Source: Podarcis melisellensis (Eukaryota). From it: DNA of 64,000 nucleotides. Numbering within the stretch: position 1 is the first letter of the stretch; every line of letters starts with the position of its first letter. The translations under genes and the position numbers were made by a program. The stretch lies in assembly GCA_964234715.1 (NCBI GenBank), contig OZ174275.1; one strand, given 5' to 3'. Shown here in pieces: positions 12,291 to 24,307 of this stretch. The notes under the pieces were generated by a model. The model was not told the DNA's origin. It saw nothing but the letters and a program-made list of their open reading frames with translations, and did no database searches.

Positions 12291-13761
12291 TCAGTAGGAC
12301 TTACTGCTAGGCAAGTGTATAGAGAGGTTGCAGCCGTAGCTGTGGGGCAGCTGCCAAAAATGCCCCTCTCTCTGCTCTTCCTATTTGAACATGATGTTTC
12401 CTTGCACCATTAAGTAAGTCTTCATGGCTGTACTAATGGTCCATGATGGGCAAATGGTAAGGAGACTGATTGTAAATCTAAATTACACAGGGCTTCAGCT
12501 GTGTAAGGTATTATAGGTTAAAATCAGCATCTCTAATTTTTCTCAGAAGATTATAGATTTTAGTTCCCAGAGTGGTTCTACATTTTCAGAACATAAGAAC
12601 TATGCCTATCTCCCAGACAATCTTTCTTTGCTTAATTATCCGACAAGGTACTTTTCGGCTATATTGATTAGCAAAAATCCTATACAAGAGCAGTATTTAT
12701 GGTAAAAGTGTGTGTCTCATTACTTTCACAGGCCATTTTCAACTTCGTAGCAAATGCATGGGGGTTAAAAGCTATTTGTCTTTCTTTTTAACTTAGAATC
12801 TTATTGGCTGCAATACAGTTTTAGAAGTGAAGTTCTAACCAGCAAAGTAAATGATGCGAGTTACCCTGCATGGCGCAATTGGTCTGACATCCTGTTTTAG
12901 TTATAGGAAAGAAATTGATGCAAAACCAGAGTTTTAGAAAACATTCCATTTTGGTGCAGGAAACTCCATTACCTCATTTAATTGAAGCTGTTGGGTGGGC
13001 ACACAGATAATCATCATGTTTGTTGATGTGATAGTTGATCAAAAGAACCGGAAACCTGCTTTTTTTCTGGGTGTGGACTATATTGGCCATTTTACTATAC
13101 TTTTTTGGAAATAAACACTGTGGGTTGAATTCAGATTTTCCAGACTACTGTGTTCGGAAGAACCATTCTGCCTTTTTCTAACATCAAGCTAGTTTCAAAC
13201 ACAAAAGAGTTTATTATTAATGACCAAACCTTTTGCACTTTTGGCTATTCAACTATTCTAGTGTTCTATTTTGAGGTGTGGTTCTTAGGTTGTTTAGAAC
13301 TATTTAGATGGTATACCTTATAGATACTGGCTTACTTTAAAAAGAGAGAGAGGGCATATGCCACAGAAATAACTGCAAACTGTGCTAGATGCCAATATCC
13401 AGCCTATCGATAATACAACTATGAATCTTTATTCTTGTAGATTAATCCTTTGAATCTTCTCACTGCAAAATTATGGGCAAAATTGAATTCATTCCCTGTG
13501 ATATACCAAGGAGGGACCATCCCAGTGCTGTAGGCCCTAGGATGAAAGCCGTTAACAGCATTTATTTGATATTTAGTATTATATTTCTATCCCACCTTTA
13601 TTCCAAGGAGCTCGAGGTGTCATGCACAGTTCTCCATCTTCCCCCATTAGTCCCACAACCACCCTGTGAGGTAGCTTATTTATTTATTCATAAAAATATT
13701 TGCATACTGCTATGTCATTAAAAATATATCAAAGCAGTTTACAGTAATTAAAAAACCCATA

Positions 13762-14003
13762 CAGTCGTACCTTGGTTTTCGAACAAAATGCGTTCCGGAA
13801 GTCCGTTCGACTTCTGAAATGTTCTGAAACCAAGGCGTGGCTTCCTATTGGCTGTAGGAGCGTCATGCAGCCAATCAGAAGCTGCACCAGACGTTCAGCT
13901 TCCGAGGCAAAGTTTGCAAATCAGAACACCTACTTCTGGGTTTGCAACATTAGGGTTCCAAGTTGTTTGTGAAGTACGCTGTTCAAAAACCAAGGCACGA
14001 CTG
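13762..14003. mobile_element. Tc1/mariner-type MITE (second family)
   Basis: Inverted repeats CAGTCGTACCTTGG...CCAAGGCACGACTG, flanked by TA. Homologous to 46457-46699. Confidence 0.8.
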
Positions 14004-17003
14004 TATAAGAAAAACTGTAAAAAAGTTAAAGGAGTTAACCATTGTGGAAAGATGCATTCCTAATTGCCTGCATAGGCCTGGCAGAATTGAAAGTCTTCTG
14101 CAGGCATTTAAAAGTTGGCACAGAAGGAGCTTGCTGAATCTTTGTTGGCAGAGTATTCCCCAGAACTGGGCTGATGGCACTAAGGTTGGTTTCTTGTTGT
14201 TGTCATTGAATGAGCCTCACCAACTCGAGGAACGAGCAACGGTGCTCCTACAGATGATATCCATGATCAGGCCGGGATATAATAAGGGTTCAAGTGATCC
14301 CTGAGGTGCCTTGGACCTCAGTTGTTCAGGCTTTGCAAATTAATGCAAGGATCTTGAACTTGGCTCAGTAATAGATGGGCAGCCAGTGCAGCTGTTTCAG
14401 CAGTGGTGTCAAATTCTAGGCCGAGAGATTGTCACTGACCCCAAGCCACCCATCGAACTTCATGGCTGAATGGGGCTTTCATCCCTGGTCGGTCCTCAAG
14501 TTAACGCTTAGTTGCCTTATTGCAGCTCTCAGAGATAGTTCCACTGACTCTGACGAATGTACTTGAACGAAGTTAATGCATGCCCTTCCTTGCTCACAGC
14601 TGAATTTGACAAGGAACTGATCCATTAAAGCCTCTAGCAGTGTTGCAATCTGGCTAATACTGTTGGATATTGCTATTTTGAACAAGGAAGAAGAATAGTC
14701 CCTAGCAAAGACGGACAGTGGATGGGAAATTAAATTCAGGGTTTCTAGCTGGAAACAAATTTAAAGTCATGATTTTTTAATGTCAGAATTGGGTAAGCAG
14801 CAGGATGAGCCAGGACTGCAGCTCACTGGACATGACTGGAGTCTCATTTCCCCCACAAAGAGAAAATAGGGAAATAGAGGAGTTTGGGGGGGGAATAAAG
14901 TTAAGTTGACGGCCCCTTTTCCCTTGCCTTCTATAATCAAGGGCATGTTCTTGCCAGAGATGCCATTTTTGAGTGTAGGGAGGGATACAGAAGTTTTAAT
15001 CTGGGTGGCAGATATTTAGGACAACTTCAGTAGCTGAGGAAAGATGTCTTTCCTTCTTGGGGGATTTCCCACTTAACCTTGAGCCCCCACATTTCTGCCA
15101 GCCCCAGGCAGCCCTGCTAGTCCTGCCTCTTGGGTTGGCTGGTAATAATCTTTGCTCCTGGCATTTTTTTAGGAGAGATCTCTCTCTGGGTTCACAGGTC
15201 TCGCCAGCAGCTTTTCAGTTGTCATTTCGGAATGCGAAGACTATTGTAGAATGGAAGGATTTTCACAACATGTTTACTTATGAATTGCATCAATAAGTAG
15301 GTTCTCTTTTAAAAGCAACGGCAACTCAAAAGATGATTTGTATAAGTTGCGGGTCTCAGATGCTCGACTCCCTAAGCAAAATCATGGAGCTACAGCTAAA
15401 TTACACAGCAGTCCCACAGACACACACCCCTCCCAAGTCATATATTAAATTTGTATAGTATTGGCGATTAGTATGCAGGTATGGCCTTCTCATCACATTT
15501 GCTTCTAAGTAACCAAAGGCAGTATGTCACAACAATGGAAGCTTATTGATGACACAGTAGTTTATGATTGATTAAAAGTGGCATATTTATCTTGCCTTCA
15601 ACTCTTTCCATTAGCGCCCTTATTGACTGTTTGGCAGAGGGAATATTAGCTGTTGTGATAGAGTAGGCATTTTTTGTTATTATTATGGTTATCCTTACTA
15701 TACAGGCATGTCCAACTCCCAAGAGACTGTGATCTACTCACATTGGAGATGCTGAACGTATTACTGTGCCACCTTTTTAGTATGCTGTATTTTCCCCGAG
15801 CAACAACTCCAGCAAGAATTTTTGTCTTGGTACTTGCTTTTTGGGCTGAGTGGTGGTAGTTGTCCACCAAGTATGAGCCTGGGACAGGGCTGAGCCTACC
15901 ATTAGGCAGAGTGAGTTGCAGATTCTGGGGTGTGGTGGGGGACAGTGGCTATCCCTGACAGCCCTTCTGAACCCCCCTCCCCCAAAAAAGCATTCTATAC
16001 ATTGGAGGGCAGAGCTATGTGCACTAACTACACGACCAGCTCTGTGCTCCCCGAACTAGCTTTCTCTTCTCAGGTTTGGTGGCAGATGCTATCTCTAAAA
16101 TTCAATAGTCAGTCCAGTTGACTTGCGTCTGTGGAATTGGGGAAGAGACATTTCTCCTTTGTCTCAGGCAGTTAAAGGTCTAGCCCCTAGCCTAGGAACT
16201 GCTTCTCTACTGCAAGGCGGGGGTGAGAAAACTTGCAAGGGTGGGGCAGCAGTAGGTGCTTTCTCCTACAAGTCCCCTCTCCGTAATACTTTTGTCCAAC
16301 TTAACTCATCAAACATGTGGCTGCAAATTGTGTGCTCCATTTTGCTGCTTTGCAGCAGAAAAGCGGCAGCTCAGATTCCCAGGCAGCCTGTTCATGCTAC
16401 TAAATGGCACGCTCTTCCGTTGTCTCCAAGACAGCTGGATGCCTACCTGCTTGTGCACCAGGATCTTTCCTGCACACATGGACATAATATATCCATTGCA
16501 CCGAACCCATTCAAAGCAGCGATTGCAAAATCCAACTAGGCATGAGATTTCCATTCATTAACTGGCAGCAATACTGATGTGAAAGGAGCACATCCTTGGC
16601 TTTCAAAGAACGCTGCAGGCATGTAGGGGAGCTTCTGCTGACGACGGCGAGGGTTACATTTCCGTCTGATCCAGAGCAGCTGTTCGTGCCCAGCATCCTC
16701 TAATGAATAATACTGTATCTGGACTGCCTTTGGTAAACAGCTTGATGCAAGCTTTTTGACTTCAGTGCTCCACACCTCAGATTCTTGTACTGATAAAAGG
16801 CCACCTAGAATAAAAAATCAAAAATAATTCTAAAGATGGTGCCTACAGATAGGGCTTTTCATTCCTGCCATTTGGGGTCACATCCTTTGCAAACATTTGC
16901 AGTATTTGATCACCACAATGTGTTGTTAAGGAGTTGAGGACAATGACAACACCAAGATGCCAAATTCCCTTGCAAACTGGAGCTGAATGTGTGTCCCTTA
17001 CAC

Positions 17004-17007
<4 letters not shown>

Positions 17008-17034
<27 letters not shown>
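17008..17034. repeat. (CT)n microsatellite
   Basis: Seen directly. Confidence 0.9.
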
Positions 17035-17803
17035 AATGTTCATGCTGATAATAGTTGTTTTAACTCTGTCTTAAACCCAAACATTTAGAAGTAACATTTA
17101 GAAACTGCCCATTAAAAACTCCATTTTCCCATGTTATGTGCCTTGCTACAGGTTAATGTTATGGTATAAAGCCCACATTATCATGACTAGGGCCCAGTCA
17201 AATGATGGTGCAGAAGATCTGTGTTCACAATGGTACATCTGATGCCTGTATGTTTTTCCCCATGGGAAGACATTTAGCAAACTCCTGTGGAGGAGAAGCG
17301 TTTAAGCTCATTCCCCCAGTACTATGGTTCTGATTTGGCGGAGAGGGGCCCTGTTAATTTTAAAAAGGTTAAATCTCACTGTAAAGGTCCCAGACTTTGC
17401 ATATCTGGTCTTAACAGTCTCTTACTTTGTCCCTCTTCAGAGGTGCTATCACACAGACTGGTAACCTATTTAGAGTGAAATCTGGAGAAGCCTTTATGGT
17501 GGTGTTTTTTTTTTTAACAGATTGTCTCCTATAATGACAAATCCTCCCACTGTCTCTTTCCACCCCATTCTCCTTGAATCAATAAGTGTTAATTGAAGTC
17601 CTATACATGCCTGCATGTAAGTGAAAATGCTTTAGGAGACTAGGAAGCTGTTTTATAATTGGTTGGGCTATTTGTGCATCCAGGCCACTGTTGACTAAGG
17701 GGCTTCATGGCCATAGGGCAAGAAACATCTTTCATAAGCAACACGTGGCCTTTTTGCTAAGTCCCGTGATTGCTCCATCCATCTTTTCCATCATTTGCTA
17801 CCC

Positions 17804-18054
17804 TGGAGAGCCAGTGTCGTTTAGTGGTTAAGAGCGGTAGTCTTGCAATCTGGGGAACCGGGTTCGCGTCCCCGCTCCTCCACATGCAGCTGCTGGGTGA
17901 CCTTGGGCTAGTCACACTTCTCTGAAGTCTCTCAGCCCCACTCACCTCACAAAGTGTTTGTTGTGGGGGAGGAAGGGAAAGGAGAATGTTAGCCGCTTTG
18001 AGACTCCTTCGGGCAGTGATAAAGCGGGATATCAAATCCAAACTCTTCTTCTTC
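17804..18054 (+). mobile_element. Squam3-like tRNA-derived SINE
   Basis: Head gagagccagtgtcgtttagtggttaagagc, B-box-like ggttcgcgtcc, central gggtgaccttgggc, (CTT)n tail. Confidence 0.8.
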
Positions 18055-19152
18055 TACCTGATCCTTTTCTGATGGAAATGTCAGGTACTGAATATGGTAC
18101 CATCTGCATGCAAATTGTGTGCTCTACCAGTTAGCTATGGTGATTTCTACCTCAAAGCTGTGGTTCCTCCCTGTGTTATTTTCTGTCACTGAGCTACGGC
18201 TTGTCCTTGGATTAATTTTCTTTGCCAGTTGGATCAAAAAGTTGGATTCGCAGGCAGTAAAGAACTACTTCGTTCCTAATGGATCTCCTACTCACAGCAT
18301 TTTCTCTGTTGTAACAAGGGGGTTTCTGGCACCTGCTTGCATAGCCTTGCTGTTTTTGGATGCCTGACCAGACTTATGCTCAATACCTTCTCTGAATAGG
18401 TTTCTAGAAAGCTTCCAATTGTCTGCTTGACCGCCATCTGTTCCCATGGCAGTAGCTACCTTTTTAATACCTACAAAAACAGGTCACAGGAGATGCGAAA
18501 AAGCATGAAAATCTGGTGATATTTGTAGATCAGCACTATGTTTTTCCACCACCTTCCTGTCTTTCTTGAGGAAAGTTTTCTGCTAGAGAATGGTGATTGG
18601 TTTCTCCATATATTTTTTTTGCTTAACAGCAGCACAGATTTGCAGGGATGCTGAGGGGACAGGAACTCATGCAGATGGGCCCTGATGCCAGCTGGCACCA
18701 TCTGTGAGAGCAACTCAGACGCCAGTGGATCCCAGGCCGGTTCATTCCTGCCCCTTCCTACTGCTTTTGAGTCAATCCACTGGCAGGGATACTGCCCACA
18801 GGCCTTCTCCCCTCTCAAATATTTGGGAGACCAGCAAGAGTCCAGCTGAGCCAACCAAAGTGGGCAGAGGGTACCAAGGTATGGATCACTGGAGGTGCCA
18901 CAGTAACTGAATAGAGTCCAGGTGGCAATTTGCCTTCTCGGTAGTGGCGCCCGCCCTGTGGAATGCCCTCTCATCAGATGTCAAGGAAATCACCACCATT
19001 TTATTCCATAGTTAAAGCAATGCTCAAGGCGGCTTACAACGTGACAAGATTTACACAATTACCAACATAACAAAAGTCATAAACAATAATGTTGTTAGCC
19101 GCCCTGAGCCCGGCTTCGGCTGGGGAGGGCGGGATATAAATAAAACTACTAC

Positions 19153-19198
<46 letters not shown>

Positions 19199-19387
19199 AT
19201 AAAGCACACCAAAAGGTTCACAACCAAATGGAAAACAATTTCCACACAAATCCTAAAATCTAAAACTAAAAATACAACATTAATATCAATAACAATTTTA
19301 AATGACATTGATAAAAAATGAAAACAATATTAAGAAAAGAGCCCTCTCTGTCGAGCAACAGCAGTCCTTTATGGAGCCTGTCAACCA

Positions 19388-19542
19388 TCTCACTTTTATA
19401 AGACATCTGAAGGCAACCCTGTTTAGGGAAGTTTTTAATGTTTGATGTTTTATCGTGTTTTTAATATTGTGTTGGGAGCTGCCCAGAGTGGCTGGGAAAA
19501 CCCAGCCAGAAGGGTGGGGTATCAATAATAACTTATTATTAA

Positions 19543-19587
<45 letters not shown>
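19388..19587 (+). mobile_element. L2 3' end with (TTA)n tail
   Basis: agacatctgaaggcaaccctgtttagggaag... shared with the other L2 copies. Confidence 0.8.
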
Positions 19588-20392
19588 GTTAGGAGGGATT
19601 TGCTTCAGGTACTGAGACAGAAATAATCTTTCCTTTTAACAACAGCAGCAATAACAACAACAAATTCTGTGAATGCTGCCTTTGTAGAGGAGAATTGTCT
19701 CTTGCCCTTTGCTGAGCCCTGTTTCTGACGGCTGACCCTTTTTTCTATTTCCCCCAGTAAATTGGTCAACTAAAATATATCATCTCAACCTTCATCGCCC
19801 TTCATGCCTCTTCCTTCCTGTCTTTTTTTCAGGCCACCTTTCTTGCAGCCAACACAAATTGAAAGTAAGACCCAGATTCACTGGCACTTATTTATTTTGC
19901 TTTTATAACAAAATTAACATCTTAAGTGCTGCTTAGTGTATTTTTTTTTAAAAAAAACTCTAAAGCAGTGTACATTAAAAGAATAAAAATTACAACATTT
20001 GATACAGTTCAGATATAAAGAAAATTCACTAATTATGTGGAAAGTGTGCTTATGTGAAATTTTAAGAGCTAAATATGTGGTATAATCATCATCACCATCA
20101 CAAATATATGCAAAATGCACCAAATATCTCAGACAATAGATTTTTTTCCTCTCATATAATCAGATGAAGGCCATTATCAATTATTCAAAATTCTGGGTTG
20201 CAGTGATGCTTAGCATTTCATGCATTCAAAGTGCTACACATAAATTCTAGTATTTACAGTAACCAAGTAAGGTAGGTTAGAATTATTATCTCATGTGGAG
20301 TGGGGTGGGGAGGGGAGCTAAGGCAAAGAAAAAGCATCTTCTGTGGAAACAGCCCAGAGAGTTCATAACAAAAAATGACTCTCTAGGACTAG

Positions 20393-21219
20393 TCAAAACA
20401 AAAAAAAATTCCTTCCAGTAGCACCTTAAAGACCAACTAAGTTAGTTCTTGGTATGAGCTTTCGTGTGCATGCACACTTCTTCAGATACACTGAAACAGA
20501 AGTTTCCAGACCCTTCTATATAGTGAGAAGGTGGGGAGGGGTATTACTCAGAAGGGTGGTGGGAATGGGTGATTGGCAGATAGCTGTGATGAGCCTGTTG
20601 ACGACTCTTAACGACTGCAATAGGTCTTACAGGAAAAAGCAAGGCGGTGAGAAGGTGAAAAATGGCTTTGTCATGTATAATGAGATAAGAATCCAAGGTC
20701 TTTGTTCAGACCAGGTCTCTCCATGGTTTTAAGTTTGGTGATAAGTTGCAATTCAGCAGCTTCTCTTTCCAGTCTATTTCTGAAATTCCTTTGTAGTAAA
20801 ACAGCTACTTTGAGATCTTGTATAGAATGTCCTGGGAGATTGAAGTGTTCTCCTACTGGTTTCTCTGTCTTGTGATTCCTGATGTCCAATTTATGTCCGT
20901 TTATTCTTTGGCGTAAGGTCTGGCCTGTTTGTCCAATATAGAGAGCTGAAGGACACTGTTGGCATTTGATGGCATACACAATGTTAGACAATGAGCAATT
21001 AAATAGTCCCAAGATGGTATGTGTGATGTTGTTGGGGCCAGTAATGGTGTTGTCCGGGTGTATGTGGCAGCAAAGTTGGCATCTGGGTTTATTGCAGGCT
21101 CTGGTGCCAGTGTCCATGTTAGGTCTGGTTGTAGTATTATTGTGGGTTAGGAGTTGTTTAAGATTGGGTGGCTGTCTGTAGGCAATGAAAGGTCTTCCTC
21201 CCAGAGCTTGAGAAAGAGA
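20393..21219 (-). mobile_element. Penelope-like retroelement, 5'-truncated, with GIY-YIG endonuclease
   Basis: Stop-free minus-strand frame ending at 20671 with Cys-rich linker CNKPRCQLC and VYAIKC...LYIGQT..TLRQRINGH...VGEHF. 12-bp TSD CTCTAGGACTAG at 20381-20392 and 21220-21231. Confidence 0.92.
20452..20489 (-). ncRNA. Minimal type I hammerhead ribozyme motif
   Basis: Minus strand GTAT-CTGAAGA-A-GTGTGCATGCACAC-GAA-AGCT-C-ATAC: CUGANGA and GAAA core boxes, palindromic stem II, GTAT/ATAC stem I, palindromic AGCT stem III. Confidence 0.75.
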
Positions 21220-21454
21220 CTCTAGGACTAGGTCATCCTTCACTAAGGTAGTGCCTTCCACGTGTTTTGGACTACAACTCCCGTCAGCCCTAACTCGCAT
21301 GGACATTGTAATTAATGTGAGTTGTAATCTAAAACATTGGAAGGGTGCCACCTTGGTGAAGGCTGTTCTGGGTGATTTCATTATTTCATTACAATGCATT
21401 TCCCTCATAATGTAGGATCTGGAGAGAGTATTTGCAGTGGGTCACTAAAGATAC

Positions 21455-21705
21455 AAGACCCCTGGATGGTTAGGTCCAGTCAAAGGGAACTATGAGGTGC
21501 AACATTCAGGCTGAGGGAGCTGGCATTTGTCCACAGACAGCTTTCTGGGTCATGTGGCCAGCATGACTAAACCACTACGGGCGCAACGGAACACCATGAC
21601 AGAAGCCAGAGCGCACGGAAATGCCGTTTACCTTCCTGCCACAGTGGTACCTGTTTATCTACCTGCACTGGTGTGCTTTCGAACTGCTAGGTTGGCAGAA
21701 GCTGT
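21455..21705 (-). mobile_element. Sauria SINE, partial and diverged
   Basis: ggtcatgtggccagcatgactaa...ttcgaactgctaggttggcag. Confidence 0.8.
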
Positions 21706-22922
21706 CTCACTTAACCCACTATTTCCTTAGCCCTTCTCCTACCCACCACTTCTCCCTGCAAATTTGCATTGATTTTAAATATTTTAAACTCATCCTTTAT
21801 TACAGTATGGTACCAGGCCCAGGGTACAGTAATCTAAATGAAAGCCAAGAAACACAATAATAAAACAGAAGAGGGGACGGATGAGCAGATAAAAACCACA
21901 ACAGATGCAGCAATAGCAATAAAATTTGTCCTTCCCTGCAATTTTCAAGTTTTTTTCCCAGTGACAACCCAGAGCCAAAAGTGAGCCTTGCCCGAGAGAC
22001 ACCCATAGATCCTACCCTAAGCGCTGCCCTTGCATTCCTCGTGATCTCTGCAACTGTGGAGCTGGGATCACACTTTTGCCAAGGTAACGTCTATTTTGGC
22101 TCTCTTGTCTCCATAGACAGAGAATCTCAAAGCTGTCTCTTCTCTGCCTCTCTTACACGCACACACCCTCTCAAGCCTGCAAATAATTCAGACTGCTCCA
22201 AGTCATTAAATTTCCCGACGGGTGAAGTGTTCTTCGGATTTTGATCACTGTGCTGTGATACCCTGAGAGTGATTTTTGTGTATGGAAGGTGTGCCTGGGG
22301 CACAATGTAGGACTTTGTCAGAGAGACAGAGGTGGAAAAACCTCCAGAACAGCACTCCTAATTGTGTGCCTCCCCTGTTCCCACACTCTTTGTAATGTTT
22401 TTATTATATCTGACACCACCAAGGAGTTAGGAGGATCATGTATAACTTGATTATGGATTAAACTTTCCTGCGTTTTTATAAGAAAAGAAAAGATGGATTG
22501 TGGGGGTGGGGTGGGGGAGAAGCTTCCCTGGATCCTTCATTTACTCTGATCATCCAAAGAGAAGTAAAATTGTTTTTACTGGCTCTTCTCCTTTTTTAAT
22601 TCCTTAAGTGCTATTGAATCTATTTGCGTTAGAAACTTAGCCAGACCATTGTTCCATCTAGCTCAATATTGACTTCACAGTGGCTCTCCAGGGTTTCAGT
22701 CAGGACATTCCATCCCTACCTGCAGATGTTGGGGATTGAATCACTGGCAGATGCTCTGTCAGTGAAGTATGGATCTTTCCCAGAATTTTCTGGTTCTCCT
22801 CCTTGTTCACCTTCTCTGCCTCCTTCTGCAGCAACTCACATTCATCTTTGGATACACACCACTTCAAGTTCTCTGCATCATGTTCTGTTGTTTGCTTTTT
22901 GCAGTCACAGAAGCCCTGCTGT

Positions 22923-23256
22923 TGGGGGACGTGGTTGGCGCTGTGGGTTAAACCACAGAGCCTAGGACTTGCCGATCAGAAGGTTGGCGGTTCGAATCCC
23001 CGCGACGGGGTGAGCTCCCGTTGCTCGGTCCCTGCTCCTGCCAACCTAGCAGTTCGAAAGCACGTCAAAGTGCAAGGTACCGCTCCGGCGGGAAGGTAAA
23101 CGGCGTTTCCGTGCGCTGCTCTGGTTCGCAAGAAGTGGCTTAGTCATGCTGGCCACATGACCCGGAAGCTGTACGCCGGCTCCCTCGGCCAATAAAGCGA
23201 GATGAGTGCCGCAACCCCAGAGTCGGCCACGACTGGACCTAATGGTCAGGGCTACT
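22923..23256 (+). mobile_element. Sauria SINE without tail
   Basis: Head ggcgctgtgggttaaacc, B box GGTTCGAATCC. TSD AAGCCCTGCTGT at 22911-22922 and 23257-23268. Confidence 0.9.
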
Positions 23257-23304
23257 AAGCCCTGCTGTGAGCATTAAATTCTCCACCCATCACATAGGTG
23301 GTCG

Positions 23305-23670
23305 TCCCTTAGTCTTTTGAAATTGTAGGGTCTCCATACCCACACTCCTTATTCCATGATTGGCCTGAATCACTACTTGCCACATGTCCTGCAGATGTCC
23401 ATTTTGACTCTGTGGCCTTTCCCACTACAGCTGTAACTTTCGATCTCTGTCGTATCCAATTATTTTTTCCATCTTCCATTGATATTGCTAACATTGCACA
23501 TTCTGTGGCATGTTATGTTATTCTAAAGCTGTTCATGTCTCTCTTGTGTTATTGTCCAGTTCTCCGCTCCATAAGACATCAAAGGTAATATGCATGTTTT
23601 GAACACTTTCGCTTTCAAGTCTAAGGGAATATTTTTAATTATCAAGCTGAGTTTTCCAAAGACTGCCCAT
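23305..23670 (-). mobile_element. Old RTE-clade LINE fragment
   Basis: Decayed peptide NWIRQRSKV...KWTSAGHVA resembles the RTE C-terminal motif. Confidence 0.5.
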
Positions 23671-23926
23671 GATGATGACGATTTAATTAAATTTCTATAC
23701 CGCCTTTCATTTGAAGATCACAGGGCGGTTTACAATATAAAAACACAAAAATACATACCATAATAACAGACAAAAGCAATATGCCCAACACACAGTGTAA
23801 AAGGCCACTGGCAAAGAGAACCATTTTTGTCTGCCACCTAACAATATGTAATGAAGGCAGCAGGCAAGCCTTCCTGGGGAGATCATTCCAGAAGTGGGGA
23901 GCTACAGCAGAAAAGGCCTGTTCTCC

Positions 23927-24149
23927 TGGAGAGCCAGTGTGGTGTAGTGGTTAAGAGTAGTAGACTCGTAATCTGGTGAACTGGGTTCGCTTCCCTGCTC
24001 CTCCACATGCAGCTGCTGGGTGACCTTGGGCCAGTCACACTTCTCTGAAGTCTCTCAGCCCCACTCACCTCACAGAGTGTTTGTTGTGGGGGAGGAAGGG
24101 AAAGGAGAATGTTAGCCGCTTTGAGACTCCTTAAAGGGAGTGAAAGGCA
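23927..24149 (+). mobile_element. Squam3-like SINE running into a gap
   Basis: Near-identical to 17804-18054. Confidence 0.8.
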
Positions 24150-24307
24150 NNNNNNNNNNNNNNNNNNNNNNNNNNNNNNNNNNNNNNNNNNNNNNNNNNN
24201 NNNNNNNNNNNNNNNNNNNNNNNNNNNNNNNNNNNNNNNNNNNNNNNNNNNNNNNNNNNNNNNNNNNNNNNNNNNNNNNNNNNNNNNNNNNNNNNNNNNN
24301 NNNNNNN
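24150..24307. other. Assembly gap (N run)
   Basis: Run of n. Confidence 0.99.

Noticed and set aside
19833-19864. As the constitutive next BRF1 exon (RPPFLQPTQIE)
   Set aside because: Wrong phase; the true homologous exon is 44112-44163. Kept only as a poison-exon candidate.
20671-21408. 245-aa ORF as a standalone GIY-YIG nuclease gene
   Set aside because: The N-terminal part reads through the TSD into an unrelated MITE and flank; the nuclease part is a truncated Penelope-like insertion.
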